DNA of 63,752 bases, filler included, from Polymyxa betae A26-41 (GCA_003693705.1; 6 parts of 6 records of this genome joined end to end with filler, not necessarily neighbours in it), one strand, 5' to 3'; positions 1 through 14,184 are shown, counted from the first letter of the whole stretch. Program-made: numbers and translations. The notes: generated by a model from the sequence alone, not told the origin.

Positions 1-607
1 GTCTCAAATCTGAGACAATTACGAAACTGGGTCAATCCACGATGCGGATTGATCCTGCGGACTGATCCTATGGAAGTATCCACGGAGTCCGAATTGCCAC
101 TGGGAGAGCCGACTCTCGCCACTGGTGTCCCAGTGGCGGCAGAGACTGCGTGAGTCGCTCGCGGAGTCCGGAAAGTCCGGAACTACTCTTGACGGGCCTG
201 AACGAGGTTTGAGGCCTGATATTGAATCCCAATAAAACACAATCCAATTCAACGCTTTATTAAAACGTGTCGCGTTTTCGAGACGAAACCGCTACAAGTT
301 TACGGTAATCTGATCGTGGTATTTTCGTTGGAGTAAAGTTTGAATGTATGCGCTGTCCGAAGTCTCCATCATTTTAGATTCGAAATACTCGATGCAACGT
401 CATGAATCATGCTAGGAGTGGGCACGCACAGAGTAGCGGTGATTGGCTTGAGCAATTCCCGTATCTCCGAAATTTCCTGACCCATTCGGTCGATCTTGAT
501 GGGCAGCTGTTTAAAAGCAGTAATCATTTGGTCTTGGAAATCGGCATTCACCAAATGGATGGCATCTGGACTTATATGAATCGTTTGAATTATGATGATA
601 TATTCTG

Positions 608-937
608 CTACCAACCATTGGGGTCAATGATCTCATTGTTCTCATTGACTTGACCAGCATAAAGCGCTTTTGCAATCAATTCTTCAACAAATTCGCCAGA
701 TCCAGTTTCAAGTTCAATCGGCATTTTCAAGCTCCAGATGTGGCGAACTTGTTCGCGGTATGATTGTTCTCGATCATGAGGGAGATCATCACTGAAAACC
801 AGACGACGGGCGGAAGCCGTATCTAAGTTTCTAGTTGTGTCATCAAAAGTCGTGGCGGCCTCCGATTGGGGGGATTCCAAAGATACTGCAGCAACCATGA
901 CGATGGAAAGATAGATTCCGAACAGACAATGTCTCAA
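608..937 (-). CDS. Hypothetical ORF with hydrophobic N-terminus; unassigned
   Basis: ORF track only, non-ATG start; no motif recognised. Confidence 0.15.
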   Translation of the reverse strand: MRHCLFGIYLSIVMVAAVSLESPQSEAATTFDDTTRNLDTASARRLVFSDDLPHDREQSYREQVRHIWSLKMPIELETGSGEFVEELIAKALYAGQVNENNEIIDPNGW

Positions 938-1198
938 TTGCCCACGCAGTTTTCCAGGACAAGTTGCGTCTCAGTTTATATTTATACATCCATCCCTATT
1001 TCCATGAACATCATGATGGGACGATGAGGTGACCTTGACACCAGATGAAACAATGTCGATATACACAAGCGATGACCTGGATGTCTCACCAGCAGACAGT
1101 GAACCTACTCTGGACGTTGAGGTTCGGAAAAAAGAGAACGATCACAGACTCTCAGTAGGGACGAATTTTACGAAGAAGACAGTTTAGTCAGAAAAGGT

Positions 1199-1765
1199 TT
1201 GAAGCGTGAGTCCGAGAGAGAATCACAACTTGGCAGGGGAAATTTCAAACCTCAAATGACTAAAATCTTCTGGAATCCAGCAATATCGTTGTTCAAAAAG
1301 GAGCTCTCAGGGCCCAAATCAAAAGCGATCCGGTTTGGAGACTCAACATTGCAACATCAAACAACAATCAAAGTAACCACTGCGAAAATCCTCTGCGATA
1401 AAAAAGTTAATATCCTGATTAGATACCCAAACAATGGAATGTTGAAGCGCCCCGGCCCTCAACAAACTACAACAGCGCTGTGGTCAAGTCTAAATGAATC
1501 TTTCAGAAAATCAATTGCAGTTAACGTTGTTGCTGATCACAACTCTCGCCAGTTCAAGATGATTCTTAGCAAAGATGTGGTCGCGGATATTCACAACAGT
1601 ATCCGAAAGCGCAATAATTACTGTGTACCTTTGGCAGATAAAAAATATGTGCCTAATATACTAGGACGCGAAAACCCCTTACGAGAACTGCCACCCATTG
1701 TTTCCAAATTCAAGCAGTCATTAGAGATTACAAAAATCGGTAAGCCCACAACTTCAGATAAGTAG
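1199..1765 (+). pseudogene. Basic hypothetical ORF fragment converging on the Plavaka-like transposase, possibly its accessory ORF
   Basis: 188-aa open frame with TTG start; acidic coding-like sequence upstream (~1020-1185) lies in another frame. Confidence 0.25.
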
Positions 1766-1834
1766 CACAGACAGTGAGCTAGCCTTCCTTCAGATATTGA
1801 GGTGATTTGCGCAGAACATGCCAACCAGAACTCT

Positions 1835-4800
1835 TCAATTTATATCAGTTACCTGATGACCACCATCAATAACTTTGAAAATGAAGCGAGAATGCCTAAT
1901 ATAGATGTTGTTGCATTGATCATGATTGAGAACGTCATTCTCATGACACGAAGAGCCCTCATGCCCGCAATAATGCTTCATCATTAGCTTAAACTTAAAA
2001 TCCTTATGTGAGTAAATGCTGAGCACGCTTGACGAAGTACCAGTGAAATAGAACTGGTTGAATGACCGAATGTCATAGATGCGTGTTCCGACTACATATA
2101 ATTTGTCCTTGTCGGGCTGAATGAAGCCTCGCACAAGAATTATTGTGTTGCCCGGATTCATGACTTTGTCGAGACAAGATAAGAATTCGCCTGTTCGCAT
2201 CCTGGTTTTTCTGCATCTATAACACTTATAAAGCTGCCAGCCTCTAACAGCGTCACATATTTTGGATATGGTTTCTTGAGGTACACAATCATCGAACTGG
2301 ACAGGATCGAGACCCTCGTCTAGTGTCTGAGAGAGGTTGATTACTGCATCTGACATCTCTTCTGCAAACGTTTCCAGCCACCACAAATTCAGAGCACAGG
2401 TCTTTGTAATCTGAAGGCCACCATCCACCGTCTCTAATGTGGGCATTGACAGCTCGTAATTGGTGGTGTATGGCAATGTCTCTGGAAATTTCAGACAATT
2501 GCTTTTCGATATAAAATCACGATCCGTGACATGGGTCGATTCCAAAAAACTCACCAAATCAATCAATGTCACAGGTGCAGTGATGTTATGGTTTTCTGAC
2601 CTGCTCCAATGTGAGGGACTTCCAAACAATTTGCTCAGATCGCGCAAATGGTTCAGAGCCGTGTGGCCCTTGACATGACCCAAAAATCGAATCCCATTGC
2701 CCGACAGTGGTCTTGTAAAGTTTGCCCCAACGCTCGAAACTGTTCTGGGTGGTTAAATGGGCGTTGATATGCCAGTCTCATCATCTGATTCAAGATTACA
2801 AGTATCGAATGTGCGTAAGTGTCACCCAACCTCCGCAACCGTGTCACAAATGATCAGAGCTTTGCCAGAAGAGCCATCGTTATAGTTCAAGGACCGCAAA
2901 ACCAAAGGCAACGCCATTATGGTGGCTCTGAGCTCTTTGCCAACCATAGCGTTAATATGCTTCAGAATATACTGACCATTGAGCCTGGCGGGAAGTTCAA
3001 CCCAGTTGGTCTCGTTCAGCGCTTCCTCCACAATATCGATAAGTTCATGATCCATTAACAGCAGTTGTTTCAGCAACAGCTTCAAAATATTTTTGCAAAG
3101 TCCCAAACTCCAAGTGTGCAAGAGCTCCGGACCGAACAACAGATATGGATCAACTTCCAATTATTCTCGCATATTCTTCAATTAAAGATGTACAGTAGGG
3201 CGAAAGAAGAGCGATTCCAGTTGTTTCCTGCATTGTCTTGATTTCCGAGGTTGAAGCTCTTGCTGCCCATTTTGATATGGCTACAGCTTGGCCCAAAGTT
3301 CGCCTGCCTGAAGGATCTGGAGCGTAGTTCGGCACGGCAGCTGGAAGTTCAGCGAGCCCATAATCCTGTAGAGAGAAATGGAACGACCACGATTCTTCTA
3401 CGCAGGCCATGATGTGGAGTTATTAATGGATCAATCCTAAGGTTACAGAGTTCAAATGTAGGCAAATGAATTTTGCCAAGTTTGTTCCCGACCGGCACTG
3501 ATTAATTTACTTCAATAACTGCAGCCACAGATAAGGTAATGGATTCCGTTCACACAAGGCAAACAGATTCCAGGTACCTTGATCTCTCAACCTTTTCGGG
3601 TGTGATGTACAAGTGGTATATCTGCTTAAGCGATCAGGTAGAGCTTCGGGGTGCCGAACCCAATATCAGACTTACATACTAATACCGAAGTTTGCCTTAG
3701 TTCGACTTACATTCAAATCATCTCCACCTGCACCAATCCCAATAAAGAACACTGGAATAGGTCGCTCGCAGCCATTGGCATACTCCATAGTAGATTTTTC
3801 CAACGATAATCAGCAATCTTGGTGACTTGTTGGCGTTCCTGGACGGGAAGCATTCGAGCCGAAACGTTGCTTGCCACTGGCAACCTGTCTCATGTTGCAA
3901 TAAAATGAGCCAAGCGGTTTCAATAGAACATAATCGATCCCCAGAAAAGCTGTTAAACCGATAATCGTACGACGCCTCTTTGAAAATTGGAACTCGACAA
4001 CGATTTGCATCCAAGGAGACGTCGGGTGGGGTCCAAGAAGGCAATATTATCAGCAGTATTTGAAAAAGTTTGTCAGCACACAGGAGAGACTCACCTTTCA
4101 CGAAGTGGAAATCACCGCACCAGAAAACCAAGTCTTGTTCTGTAACACTATTGGAGGGCAAAACTGCACAAGGAGCAGGATACTTTGCTCTCAATAAGGC
4201 AGATTCTCTCAGCTCGAAGTCACCGGATACCGCTGGTAATCTTGGGTGTAAATCAATTTCAGAGGCCAGTTTCGGATTAGTACACAGTCGGCGTAAGTAT
4301 TCTCTTATGCTTAGCATTAGGAAAGGCTTGTGACACGGACTCTCGAATTCTACGAAACCGAGTGAAGGCAAGCAGACTGTTTTTTGCTCCCACAATCTCT
4401 TTTTGTGCCTGTCATCTCTAAAGGCAAACTTCTCGCTGTTCCAATTGCCGACCTCAAAGGCAGTAGGGAAATTGTGTGGTAGATGGAGATCAAGAAAACA
4501 ATACTTCATCCACTCACGATGCTTATTATCTGAGTATTCGCCCAGGTGGGAAGCACTCCAGTTGATAGCTGACATCCAGTACTTGTTTGGCCATGGCCAA
4601 TAGAGAAAAACTAGATGAACTGGAGAGTTAGGTGCCCGAAATTCTGGATATGGAATGATACACCGTTGAGCACAAATTTTGTCTGCGACAATTCAGCTGT
4701 TTGGTTGCTATGCAGAGAATCTCAATGTCTATCCTACAAGAGTCTGGTAAATTATCTCCTCTGTCAACCATGTGCATAGAGTTGTCAACGGAAGGTGGGC

Positions 4801-5330
4801 TGTATGCTAGATCATTGGTAGCCACCAATTCATCACCGTCTGCGCAAACATCATTGGACAGATTTTGGAGGTCTTTTCTCTCTGATCCAGAGGATTCACA
4901 AGCCTGTTTTCATTATCTGATCGGTGATCACATTAAAAAGAAAGTGAGAGTACTTCAATCATTGCGACCACGCTGTCATTCATGAGGGCAACGAAACGTT
5001 CCAATAGAGAGTTTTGCCGGCAACTATGCTCTAAATCAGAGCACGACGCGATACCGGTGATGCTCTGTCTTTGTTGATTGAATTGCACATTCATATAATC
5101 GAGATGTGAGATTATCAAATCGACATCGGATCTATGATTATGTGTAAATGCTATTCATGCTGTTGGCAGATCTGGCACAGGTCTACATACGAAGATGCGG
5201 TCATAAACTTGCGAATACAGGCAACAGCTTTAGTCTTGTGGACTTTGCGCTGATGATGACATCGTAACTGATATGGACGGCAAGCCTGCGTCTCTGCACC
5301 TGAGCCTACACACGCCCAGCATGACTTCAT
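1835..5330 (-). mobile_element. Degenerate Plavaka/CMC-like DNA transposase pseudogene
   Basis: Co-oriented fragments: N-terminal C2H2 finger MKSCWAC...LRCHHQRKVH from 5330; IREYLRRLCTNPKL..IDLHP (3718-4575); ELLHTWSLG resembling the D/ExLHxxxLG motif (2822-3160); several frameshifts and stops. Confidence 0.55.
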
Positions 5331-5378
5331 GATAACCGAGTCAAAGAACCGTTATGAGAAAACTGCGCACAATGACAT

Positions 5379-7260
5379 CGTTAAGACGACCAGGGGGTCG
5401 GAAGACCAGTTACAAAGAGAGACGAAATTGAGACGAAATAGACACGTGTTCAGAGAGAGACAAAGAACTCTAGTTGTATTATTAGAAAGGAGAAGCGGTT
5501 GCGGTGTCCGCAGAGAGGTTAGGGGGAACCTCATATATCAGTAGCAGAATAAACAATTAAAAAGTAAAAATAAAAACTTCGCGTCACATCGCCCTCTTCA
5601 TTTGAGTTAGACCGAGTCAGAACAGGAGCAGGAAGGAATAAGAAGATGGCATAGATCCAGGGTTGTCAAGTTGGGACAGCATGAGCACAATCATCATGAA
5701 CAGGAAAGAACACTTCAGGAACAGAACAGGAGAAAACGAATAGTAGGATTTAAGTATCGGACAGGACACAATCGATGAGGTTAGACGTCGAGCAGAGAGA
5801 GTAACTCAGGGGGACAAAATTCTGCATGCCGGAGACGGCGCTTGATGAAGACGGGACAGTCCTTCAGAAGTTGCGAAAGCGGCTCCCAGGTATTTTCTGC
5901 AGATTCAAAGCCAGACCACGAGATGAAAATTTCCCAATCATTAATTTGGGAATTGAAACGAACATTTCTAATATCCTCAATCTCAAAGCCATAACCATCA
6001 TGACCAAATTGTTTTAAAATCTCCTCAGTAACATTTAATTGAGAATCAGAAGACGAAGACGAGAACAATGACAATCAAAAAGTCTCTCAGACAATAAATC
6101 TCTAACAGTGAAAACATAATCAGATTTGACGGAAACGATTTGAAAAGGTCCAGACCAACGAACTTGTAACTTATTTCGATTAACTTTCAATGCATTCGAA
6201 ACCAAAACATAGTCACCGATAGAAAAGTTAGGCAGGACTGCCTTACGACGACGATTAGCAGCAGTACGTCGCGACGACCGAGATTCATCAACATCTTTAT
6301 GCCATTGAAGAAGCGATGCTTGCAAGTCAGATACAAGCTCTTGTAATTGAAGAGGCGTCGACGGCACAGGAATAACAGCTTTCGTTCGAGGATTGTAGAC
6401 GGCATCAAGCGGAGAGGAAGGAGGTAAACCCATAAACAGGGTAACAGCACCAGGTCGATCAGGGGGAGTAGAATGGCTCAAAGCAAAACGGATCAGAGGA
6501 ACAAGAATAGGCCAGTCAACCAAGTCAAGGCGAAATTCAGAAATTAAAGAGCAAAATACATGCAAAATATGACGATTAATGACCTCAATAGTGCCATTAG
6601 ACCAAGGACAGTAAGCAAGAGTGAAATGATGATTAATGTGCAATTTTAAACATAATTCTTCAATAAGAGAGTTTAGAAAGTGAGAACCACGATCAGAAAC
6701 AAAGATAGAAGGGATGCCATATCGGGTGATCCAATCAATCAAACATTCAGCGGCAAAAGACGCAGTAGGATTTAAGCAAGGAAATAATTCAACAAAAGAT
6801 GATAAATCGTCACGAACAACGAAAAGGTATTTAAATTGCTTCTTACGAGATAGATCGATTTGTAGATAATCGAAGTGAAGCACTGAGTTGCGAACAACAG
6901 CATGGGTAGCCGGGCCAAAGGGACGTGGAACAACTTCTCCTCCTCGATTTACAGTGCAGTGCAGACACTGTTTATAAAAAGAGGATACATCTTCGGCAAG
7001 TCCACTCCAGTAAAAGCGTTCCTGAATAGAAGATAAAGTAGCTTTGATGCCTCGATGTCCAGAAAGGCCACAATGTGAAACCACCAAAAATGCGAAACTT
7101 TAATTCGAAAGCATCAGGAGGAATGAAAACAATACGAGATTGAGTTAAATAAACCTCATTTTCAACCATAAAATCGGAACGAAGATGATCATTAATAGAA
7201 AAATAATTAGACTGAATGGAAGAAATTCCAATCATCGAATCAAATTCTCCGTTTTCAAAT
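5379..7260 (-). mobile_element. 3' fragment of a chromoviral Ty3/Gypsy LTR retrotransposon (integrase, chromodomain, PPT, 3' LTR)
   Basis: HHCC (H..GHRG..CLHC), rve core (HFDY, SDRGSHF, SNGTIE), KLQVRWSGPF, chromodomain (FEIEDI..ISWSGFESAENTWEP) after a frameshift; PPT GAAGAGGGCGA at 5599-5589 followed by TGTGACG at 5588; far LTR end near 5379 is approximate. Confidence 0.9.
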
Positions 7261-9110
7261 AAGTTTGGTTAATGTTTAAAGACGCTCTGCCTTCTCTCAG
7301 ATTTTTATCGACACAATATGTCATATTTAAGCTGTATGGAGCTTCGTTCGATGCTATTCGGATGACATCCATTTCTCTGAACCGGCATTAAACAAGAGAG
7401 CGCAGATCCACAACACCCTTTTTTGCTTCAAAAAGCTTTCTGAATTGCTGCAAAATCAGCATGTTTGAATCCTGTAACAAATTATGCTGACTTGATGCTC
7501 ATTCCAGAATCTTATACAGATATATCTCATTACATTTTGCATTGAAAAAGCAGATGGTCGTTGATTGTTTGTTGTAGTAAGGGCTTGATGATAATAAAAT
7601 CACACCCGTCAATATCGAGTGTGGTTGACGCTGGCGGCTTTCGAGACGCAGGGGGCGATGGGGATATCTGTCGCGAGCGACACCAACAACCCAAACCCTT
7701 AAACCCTAGAAACTAAACATGGAGTGGCGTAGCCTCCCAAAATGGATGAAGAGGCCGCACCTGCGAAGCCTCCTGAAGATGACGAAGAGGCTGCACCCGC
7801 GCAGCCCGATTTTAAGGCCGCTCCCGCCAGCGCAGCTGCTTTGACTGGCAGCGGCCCAGTACGACCGGTGTGCCAGTGACGCTTCTAAGAAGCGACCTTT
7901 GCGCAACCCAGCAACCTGTCCTGACCTGTCCTGTTTCTATGTCCTTTTTTATCATTATTCTTTTGAATAAAGCGTGGTTCAATTCCGCTTGACCACTGTC
8001 TGCCGACTTCCTTGAGGCTTAATTTCCTGCTCATCTTTACTGTCGCCCGGGCGTACTGGCCCGGATGTACACGATATAATACAGTCACTCTGTTTTCATT
8101 CCATCTGCGTTCACACCGTTTTCGTAGTCTCGACTACTTCATCATGATCACCACAGATATCACTTTTAGCATCAGGAACTGTATTCCGGTTCATTATACT
8201 TCTCTTAAGAAGATTACGAGACTTTAAACCTGGCGTTTTTTTCATGGAAGGCCAGGTTTGATAGGCAAATTCAACTTTTTCGCTCGATCGTCATTCGGTA
8301 CAACATCCAGTCAAACACCGACTCAACAAACCTGATCATCAGTTCGTGAATGGAACAAATGGCTACTTACAACTGTAGCTTAATGGCAGCTATCAGCAGA
8401 GATGAGAATTTGCCGTTCGACAATCTTTCCAAATGTAGGTTGTGGAAGGAATTTTTCGTTGTATGTGGCACATTTGAATCAAGCACAGAACAACATCGGG
8501 ATTATATTAATAATCTTGTACAGGAATGACTTTTGCGTTGATTGTTCAAAAACTTCGATCGCTGAGCTCACACTGGGCTTCATATTTTTGTAGAATTCAG
8601 ATTTAAAGCATCGTTCGTGATATCAGCAAACTATTCGAATCGGATCCAATCCTGCATTAAAGTTTGGTAAATGCGATGCTAAAAGGGTTATTTGCCTTCT
8701 GCTGCTTTCAAGATCAAACAATTCGGCTAGAAATGGCGCTCACTCACCCTTGTATTGCAGACTGCGTTATATTACCTACCCGTCTTGTTATGAATTTTTG
8801 CTAACACCGTTCACAGATACTTCTTGAAGGAGATTGCGGAAACTCGGCAGCGTGCTCCGGCAAGCAGGAGACAGAGCTGCTTTGGAGACTTCAAACCCAG
8901 AATTACGTCTTACTGCAGCCTAAGGTCGAGTATGTTTTGATGTGTTTAAGATCAGGGCTACCTTCAGACCTCGCTGACGAAGGTCGAAATCCAAATTCAC
9001 CGGCAGCTGCAGCCTTGCCAAGATCCGCAAAGGCATGATTTTTGTTGAATTTTTTCAGCTTGTATTCGCAATACATTATATTTGACAGATTTCGTGATTT
9101 ATTTAAAAGG

Positions 9111-10628
9111 TTAACGAATACAAACAGCCTGGAGTTCATTCTTTTGGAACTTGATCAGATGGATGCCCTGAGCATCAATCACTAACAGCTCCCCATCAGG
9201 ACCAGTAACGACTTGCTTCGGCTTATAGAACGCCTTTAGGTATTGCGGACCGTAAAATCCGTTTCGTGTAATTCCCTTCGCTTGATAGTGATAGGTGTCC
9301 AATTCAGTCATTTGTGGTTTCTTTAGATCAATGACACAGATGCGGTCATGGTCTGTATCCGCCACGAACAATCTGCCAGTTTGAGGACAAATGGCAACAC
9401 TTTTTGGGTTCGAAAAAAGTTGTTTTTTTGAGGATGTCTCGAATGTAATCGTTGCAGATGACTTTGTCTTAAGGTTGATCCTTCTGATACGATTAGTGCT
9501 GGCGTCAGCTACATATATCATAGATTCGGTAGGATCTAATGCGATACCGCAAGGACGAATGCAAGTGTGCTTATAATCCGTAACCTTGTTTTTGACCGAG
9601 ATTACATGAATCTCATTGCTACCCTCTTTAACATAGTATATTTGTCCGGAATGATCAAATTTCATATCCAAGACGTTTTCAGCAGCAATTTTTGGCAGCC
9701 AGTACTTTAGCAACGAGGTATAAGTCCAGCCTTCGCCCATATTTGCAAGGATCACCGATTTTCTGGTCGAAATGATAGAGTTGCAGCATGCAAATTTGCA
9801 GTTCTCGACGGAGTCTGTTGACGCCACTTCATTCCATTCACCAGATTTGAGGATGAAGAATTTCGCTGTTGATGCATCGCAATAGATGATTTTCTCATCA
9901 CAAAAGATGATAATTCCACTCTCGGGGATCTCATCAAACATGTAGCCGCACGGATACGATTTCGGTATCTTTTTCGATGCCACGACTATGCCAATCCCCA
10001 CAGCAGCAACAAAGCAGAAAGACATGATGACCCAGCGCGCTTCTATGTAGCAGCCGTTGCACGGAGCCAAGTTCAAGCAGAGTAAAGCGATGGCTGTGAA
10101 AAGAAACCCATAAACTGCCAAGACAGACAAATCACGAGAGGGAGAGTGCTCTCTCAAATCCTTGACCAGCTTTTCTCTGTCCTCTTTCCATTTCCCTTCA
10201 GGAGGATAGAGCTGTAAAAAGCAAGCGCCCATACATAACCTCAACGATCGGGGAATTGCAAAGTTGGTCAAATATGCGAAGAAAACGGAGCCGAAATTCC
10301 ACCATTCGCTAAAATTCAGACATCCATATATCATGCCGAACCAGACCAAGAAAACGAATGGGGCAAAGTTCAATATCAATAATCCTAATAAAAATCGGAA
10401 GGAGAAAGCCCACCCATGAGAGTTCCAAGGATTGTAGAACACACGTAAGATCTGATAATGTCGATGTGAAGCCGCGTGTACAGCCCATGTAAGACCATAC
10501 AGGAAAAGAAAGAGTCCTTGAGCGCCGAGATATGGATTCTGACTGCACGAATTGTCGGAATCTGAAGACATTGATGTCGAAACTGCCAAAAGCTTGAATT
10601 CTGACGCAATGATCAGAGAGAAGCTCAC
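9111..10628 (-). CDS. Intronless multi-pass membrane protein with C-terminal NHL-repeat beta-propeller
   Basis: 505-aa ORF (non-ATG start; first ATG is residue 20); about 5 hydrophobic segments, then NHL repeats PCGIALDP..IYVADASTNRIR, PKSVAICP..LFVADTDHDRI, PKQVVTGPDG. Confidence 0.75.
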   Translation of the reverse strand: MSFSLIIASEFKLLAVSTSMSSDSDNSCSQNPYLGAQGLFLFLYGLTWAVHAASHRHYQILRVFYNPWNSHGWAFSFRFLLGLLILNFAPFVFLVWFGMIYGCLNFSEWWNFGSVFFAYLTNFAIPRSLRLCMGACFLQLYPPEGKWKEDREKLVKDLREHSPSRDLSVLAVYGFLFTAIALLCLNLAPCNGCYIEARWVIMSFCFVAAVGIGIVVASKKIPKSYPCGYMFDEIPESGIIIFCDEKIIYCDASTAKFFILKSGEWNEVASTDSVENCKFACCNSIISTRKSVILANMGEGWTYTSLLKYWLPKIAAENVLDMKFDHSGQIYYVKEGSNEIHVISVKNKVTDYKHTCIRPCGIALDPTESMIYVADASTNRIRRINLKTKSSATITFETSSKKQLFSNPKSVAICPQTGRLFVADTDHDRICVIDLKKPQMTELDTYHYQAKGITRNGFYGPQYLKAFYKPKQVVTGPDGELLVIDAQGIHLIKFQKNELQAVCIR

Positions 10629-13600
10629 TCTTCAGAGCTGAAATTTTTGGCACGCGCCCTCGAACTCATTCTGCCTTCGTCGCGTTTTTCAATTTCAGGA
10701 TTACGCCGCAACGATAATGGGTTCGGAATACAGGACCGACTTCATCATCAATAAAGTATTTGATCAACACAGAGCCGCCCGCGCGTCTCCTGCAGATGAA
10801 TTCGGTCCTCGGCGGCCTCCCCACACGGATTTTTCTCTATTTGCCAGATAAAAACCAATTTGAAAAAGACGGAGCCTTCATAAGCGTAGCCACAAATGTG
10901 ATATTGTTCAGACACGCTGTAAACTCCAGCATTGTTGGTCTTCACCTGCAACTTTCTGTATCTCGTCATGGAGATGTTGACACAAGTTCACGAAGTATTA
11001 GATCAGCATCAGGCTAGGAATCCGTTGATCCATGGAAAATGCATACTGCATGATATACGCCTGATCAATCTTCTAAAATTTATTGGTATAATTGGTGCAG
11101 TTTTCTTCAATTGTCTTTCTCTTTCTTACCTGTTTAATTCTCTCTGCAATAGCTCTTAAAATTCCTTCGCAAACCATCATTTACTTCCTGTTTGTGATCT
11201 AAGTTTCGGGCATGATAACGTTGATTTCGGCAAGTAATGATATCCCCTTTCAGGCATTCTCGTAATTTCTTAAACTGTTGCCGCTAATTTTGTATCTGTA
11301 CATTCACACATTCAGGGCCCTGTCCAAAGAACAGTAATGCTTCATGACTTCATGGCGCACACCCATCATCATTCGTCAATCAAACGCCATCAACACACAG
11401 AACTACAGTTCTTAGAGCCCGACGGCCTGCATGCTGTGCTCAATAAATTTAATTCGTTGAAAGGGACGCTGTTATTCATGAAGGTTGAAGAGACGCCAAT
11501 AAATTAAAATGGTCCTGATATGATTGACTGCAGAGATGTTTTAGTTCAGCAGCATAATGTTAAAGAATACAGGAGGAGGAAATATACAGTGATTAAATTG
11601 ACACCCATTCGAGAAGGCAGATAATGTTTGGCCCATAAAGAATGGCACCCATAGAAATAGAGAAATAACAATAGAAAAATCAACCCCGGAATCAGACCCT
11701 GAAATAGCAATCTCAATTTTGAAATAAAAGGGGGTAAACATCACTCAGTCAATGAGAATAAAAAATGACAAATGACAATCTGGACACCTAAAGCAGGAAA
11801 AACTTTTTAATAATGACAAAGAAACGAACCTCATATTCAACTAATCTGATCCAGAAGATATGAGCGATTACACAGACGCTGAGCAAGCCAATAGAGACGG
11901 CGGTGGGAAGACAGTGAATTGTTCATAATGAAGGGACAAATGTTGGGAGCAATCCAGCGATAAGCAGCAGTGTCATTAGTACACAATTCTCTGATGGATT
12001 CCAGAACTGTTCCAAGAGGCAATCCAAGAGCGTATTAATCAGCAATCTGGAACGTGAAAGCAGAGATGATCAATAAAAGAAAAGGGGAAATAACCAGTCC
12101 GAAAACATCTTCAGTAAACTCTCTAAATGATGAAGAATCGATGACCTGAAAGCCCTTCCAGACCGACTTGAATGTTACGTTGGTGAAGGCGAGATTGAGG
12201 AATCCCTGACCATGTGTGGTCGCCATGATATCGTAAGAAGATTAAAAGAATTTGGCTGAAGGTGGAAATAAGACGCCCGATCCTGTCGAATGCAATAGAG
12301 CGCGCAGACGCATTCTGTCCTATGAAGGCGTATTATGATCAATGTGTGGACAGGAAATCAACACAGGCTGTAACATTTCCGCACCTGCAAAAAACACATA
12401 AGAGATCCGAGCATCAGTCCGGAATGGATATTATTCCGGATCGGAGATTGTTGTAAAAAGGCTCCTGAAATATTCTCAAGCAACGTTCGTGAACATTTCA
12501 AAGGGCGATTTTATGAACCTGATGGGACGAAAAATCGACCTGCCACTGCTCAGTACAGGCTTACAATTATCTTGTATAAATAATATCTAATTTCATCGAA
12601 CTGAATCATGTCGAGCATTATCTAGCTGCTATTTAGGTGCCATATCTCAGCAAAAGCCATATCTGCCGACACCATTTTTTCTTGGGAATTTCTTCACCCA
12701 CGAAACTTTGCGCATAGAAGACCATTAAGGCTGACTGGCATTTTATTTGTAACAAATTCCGAAACAGCTGTCCTGTATCGTAGTGCAGTTATGAGTGTAA
12801 CAGAGCCGGCTCAGAGGCTGATCGAAAAAGCGGCTCGATCTCGTCCTTCTCCTTGATCAATATCTGAATTACAACCTCAAGACCATCAGATGGTATCTAA
12901 TGAACCTATTAGTGCTTTTCACCTTGCTCATGATGTACAGCATCACGCCGGTCTATGGCCGAACTGCCTCGAAGTGCCAATTTCAGCGGAAATTCGCAGG
13001 CACTTTCTGTTTTTACAATCACTAAATTAGGGCATGCGGGTTTGTCAGTATGCAAACACAGGATTGTCACGAAGCAGTATTGAGAATAACCAGGAAGAAT
13101 GGAATGGAATGGAATCGTTTAGTTTGTAGAGTGTAATCAACGGGCGGTGACGCAACCACACTCGGCAAATACTCGGAAATAAAGCCAAATGTATTTAATA
13201 CAGAATCAATCGAAACAAGCTATCTTTGATGAAACATCGCTCATCTTTCCATCTCGATTTCGTATCATCATAAAACGCGTGCAGCTTCGTCTTCATCAAA
13301 AAAGTCGAAATCCGGACATTTTCAAAAAGGAGGTCGCCTTTTCAGATTTGAAAATGAGAAGAAAGGCAATAAAATAGTCTAATCAGGAACTTTAAACCTT
13401 GCATATGCTGAACCACTGTTGAAGTGCTTTGCTGGTTTAACCGAATCCGTAGCGAGCTAAAAAGTGCGTATCCGCTCTCTTCCATTTTCTATTCGTCTGT
13501 CGAGTCGCTCTCAACGTCGCTTCTCAATAGTTGCCATTGTCGCCATCTGGGTCTGAGCAGCGTAATCATGAATCAGCTGTCATGTTCTCTGCGCTACCCT

Positions 13601-14184
13601 TTCGCAGCCAAAAGTAAGCTTTACAGAAGAGTATCGAAAATACGCATGACGCTGAATTTGATAATGGCAGGAATGCTACATTCAAAATTGTTCACAAACC
13701 GGCTGGATACTTCTTTCCAATCGGTAATAGTTCGATTTCAATCTAGTTTTTGATAACATCGGTTGCCACTGTTTAGGCACATTCTCGTAGAAGTCTGTAT
13801 ACATTTTCTGAAACTCTCGATCGCCGATTCGTGCATCACCCTTTCGAACTACAGGTTCACGGAGGATTTCGCCCTGTTCCTTGTAAAACAGCCCTCCACC
13901 GATATGTTCTTGGTGCATCGGGCGCCGCAAGAGCGAAGGATGTTCTCAATCCGCAGTTTCATCGTGATTGGGTTTCATTGTTTCAACTCCAGGATTCTGG
14001 GTTCTCATTACCAAACTTTTTCCGAAGAGAGGTTATGAGAGCAATCATGACTACGAACTCGATATGTTGATTGAAATTCATGCTGTAGAAACTGCGCATG
14101 GACTTCACAGCAACTAACTGACCAAAAGGTACAATAACAGCTCCACAGCTGTTAGTCCTGGGCCAACTTAAGCAGTACTCCACA

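Noticed and set aside
12900-13025. 41-aa ORF resembling a secreted peptide (MNLLVLFTLLMM...)
   Set aside because: Too short and lies in degenerate sequence; could be chance.
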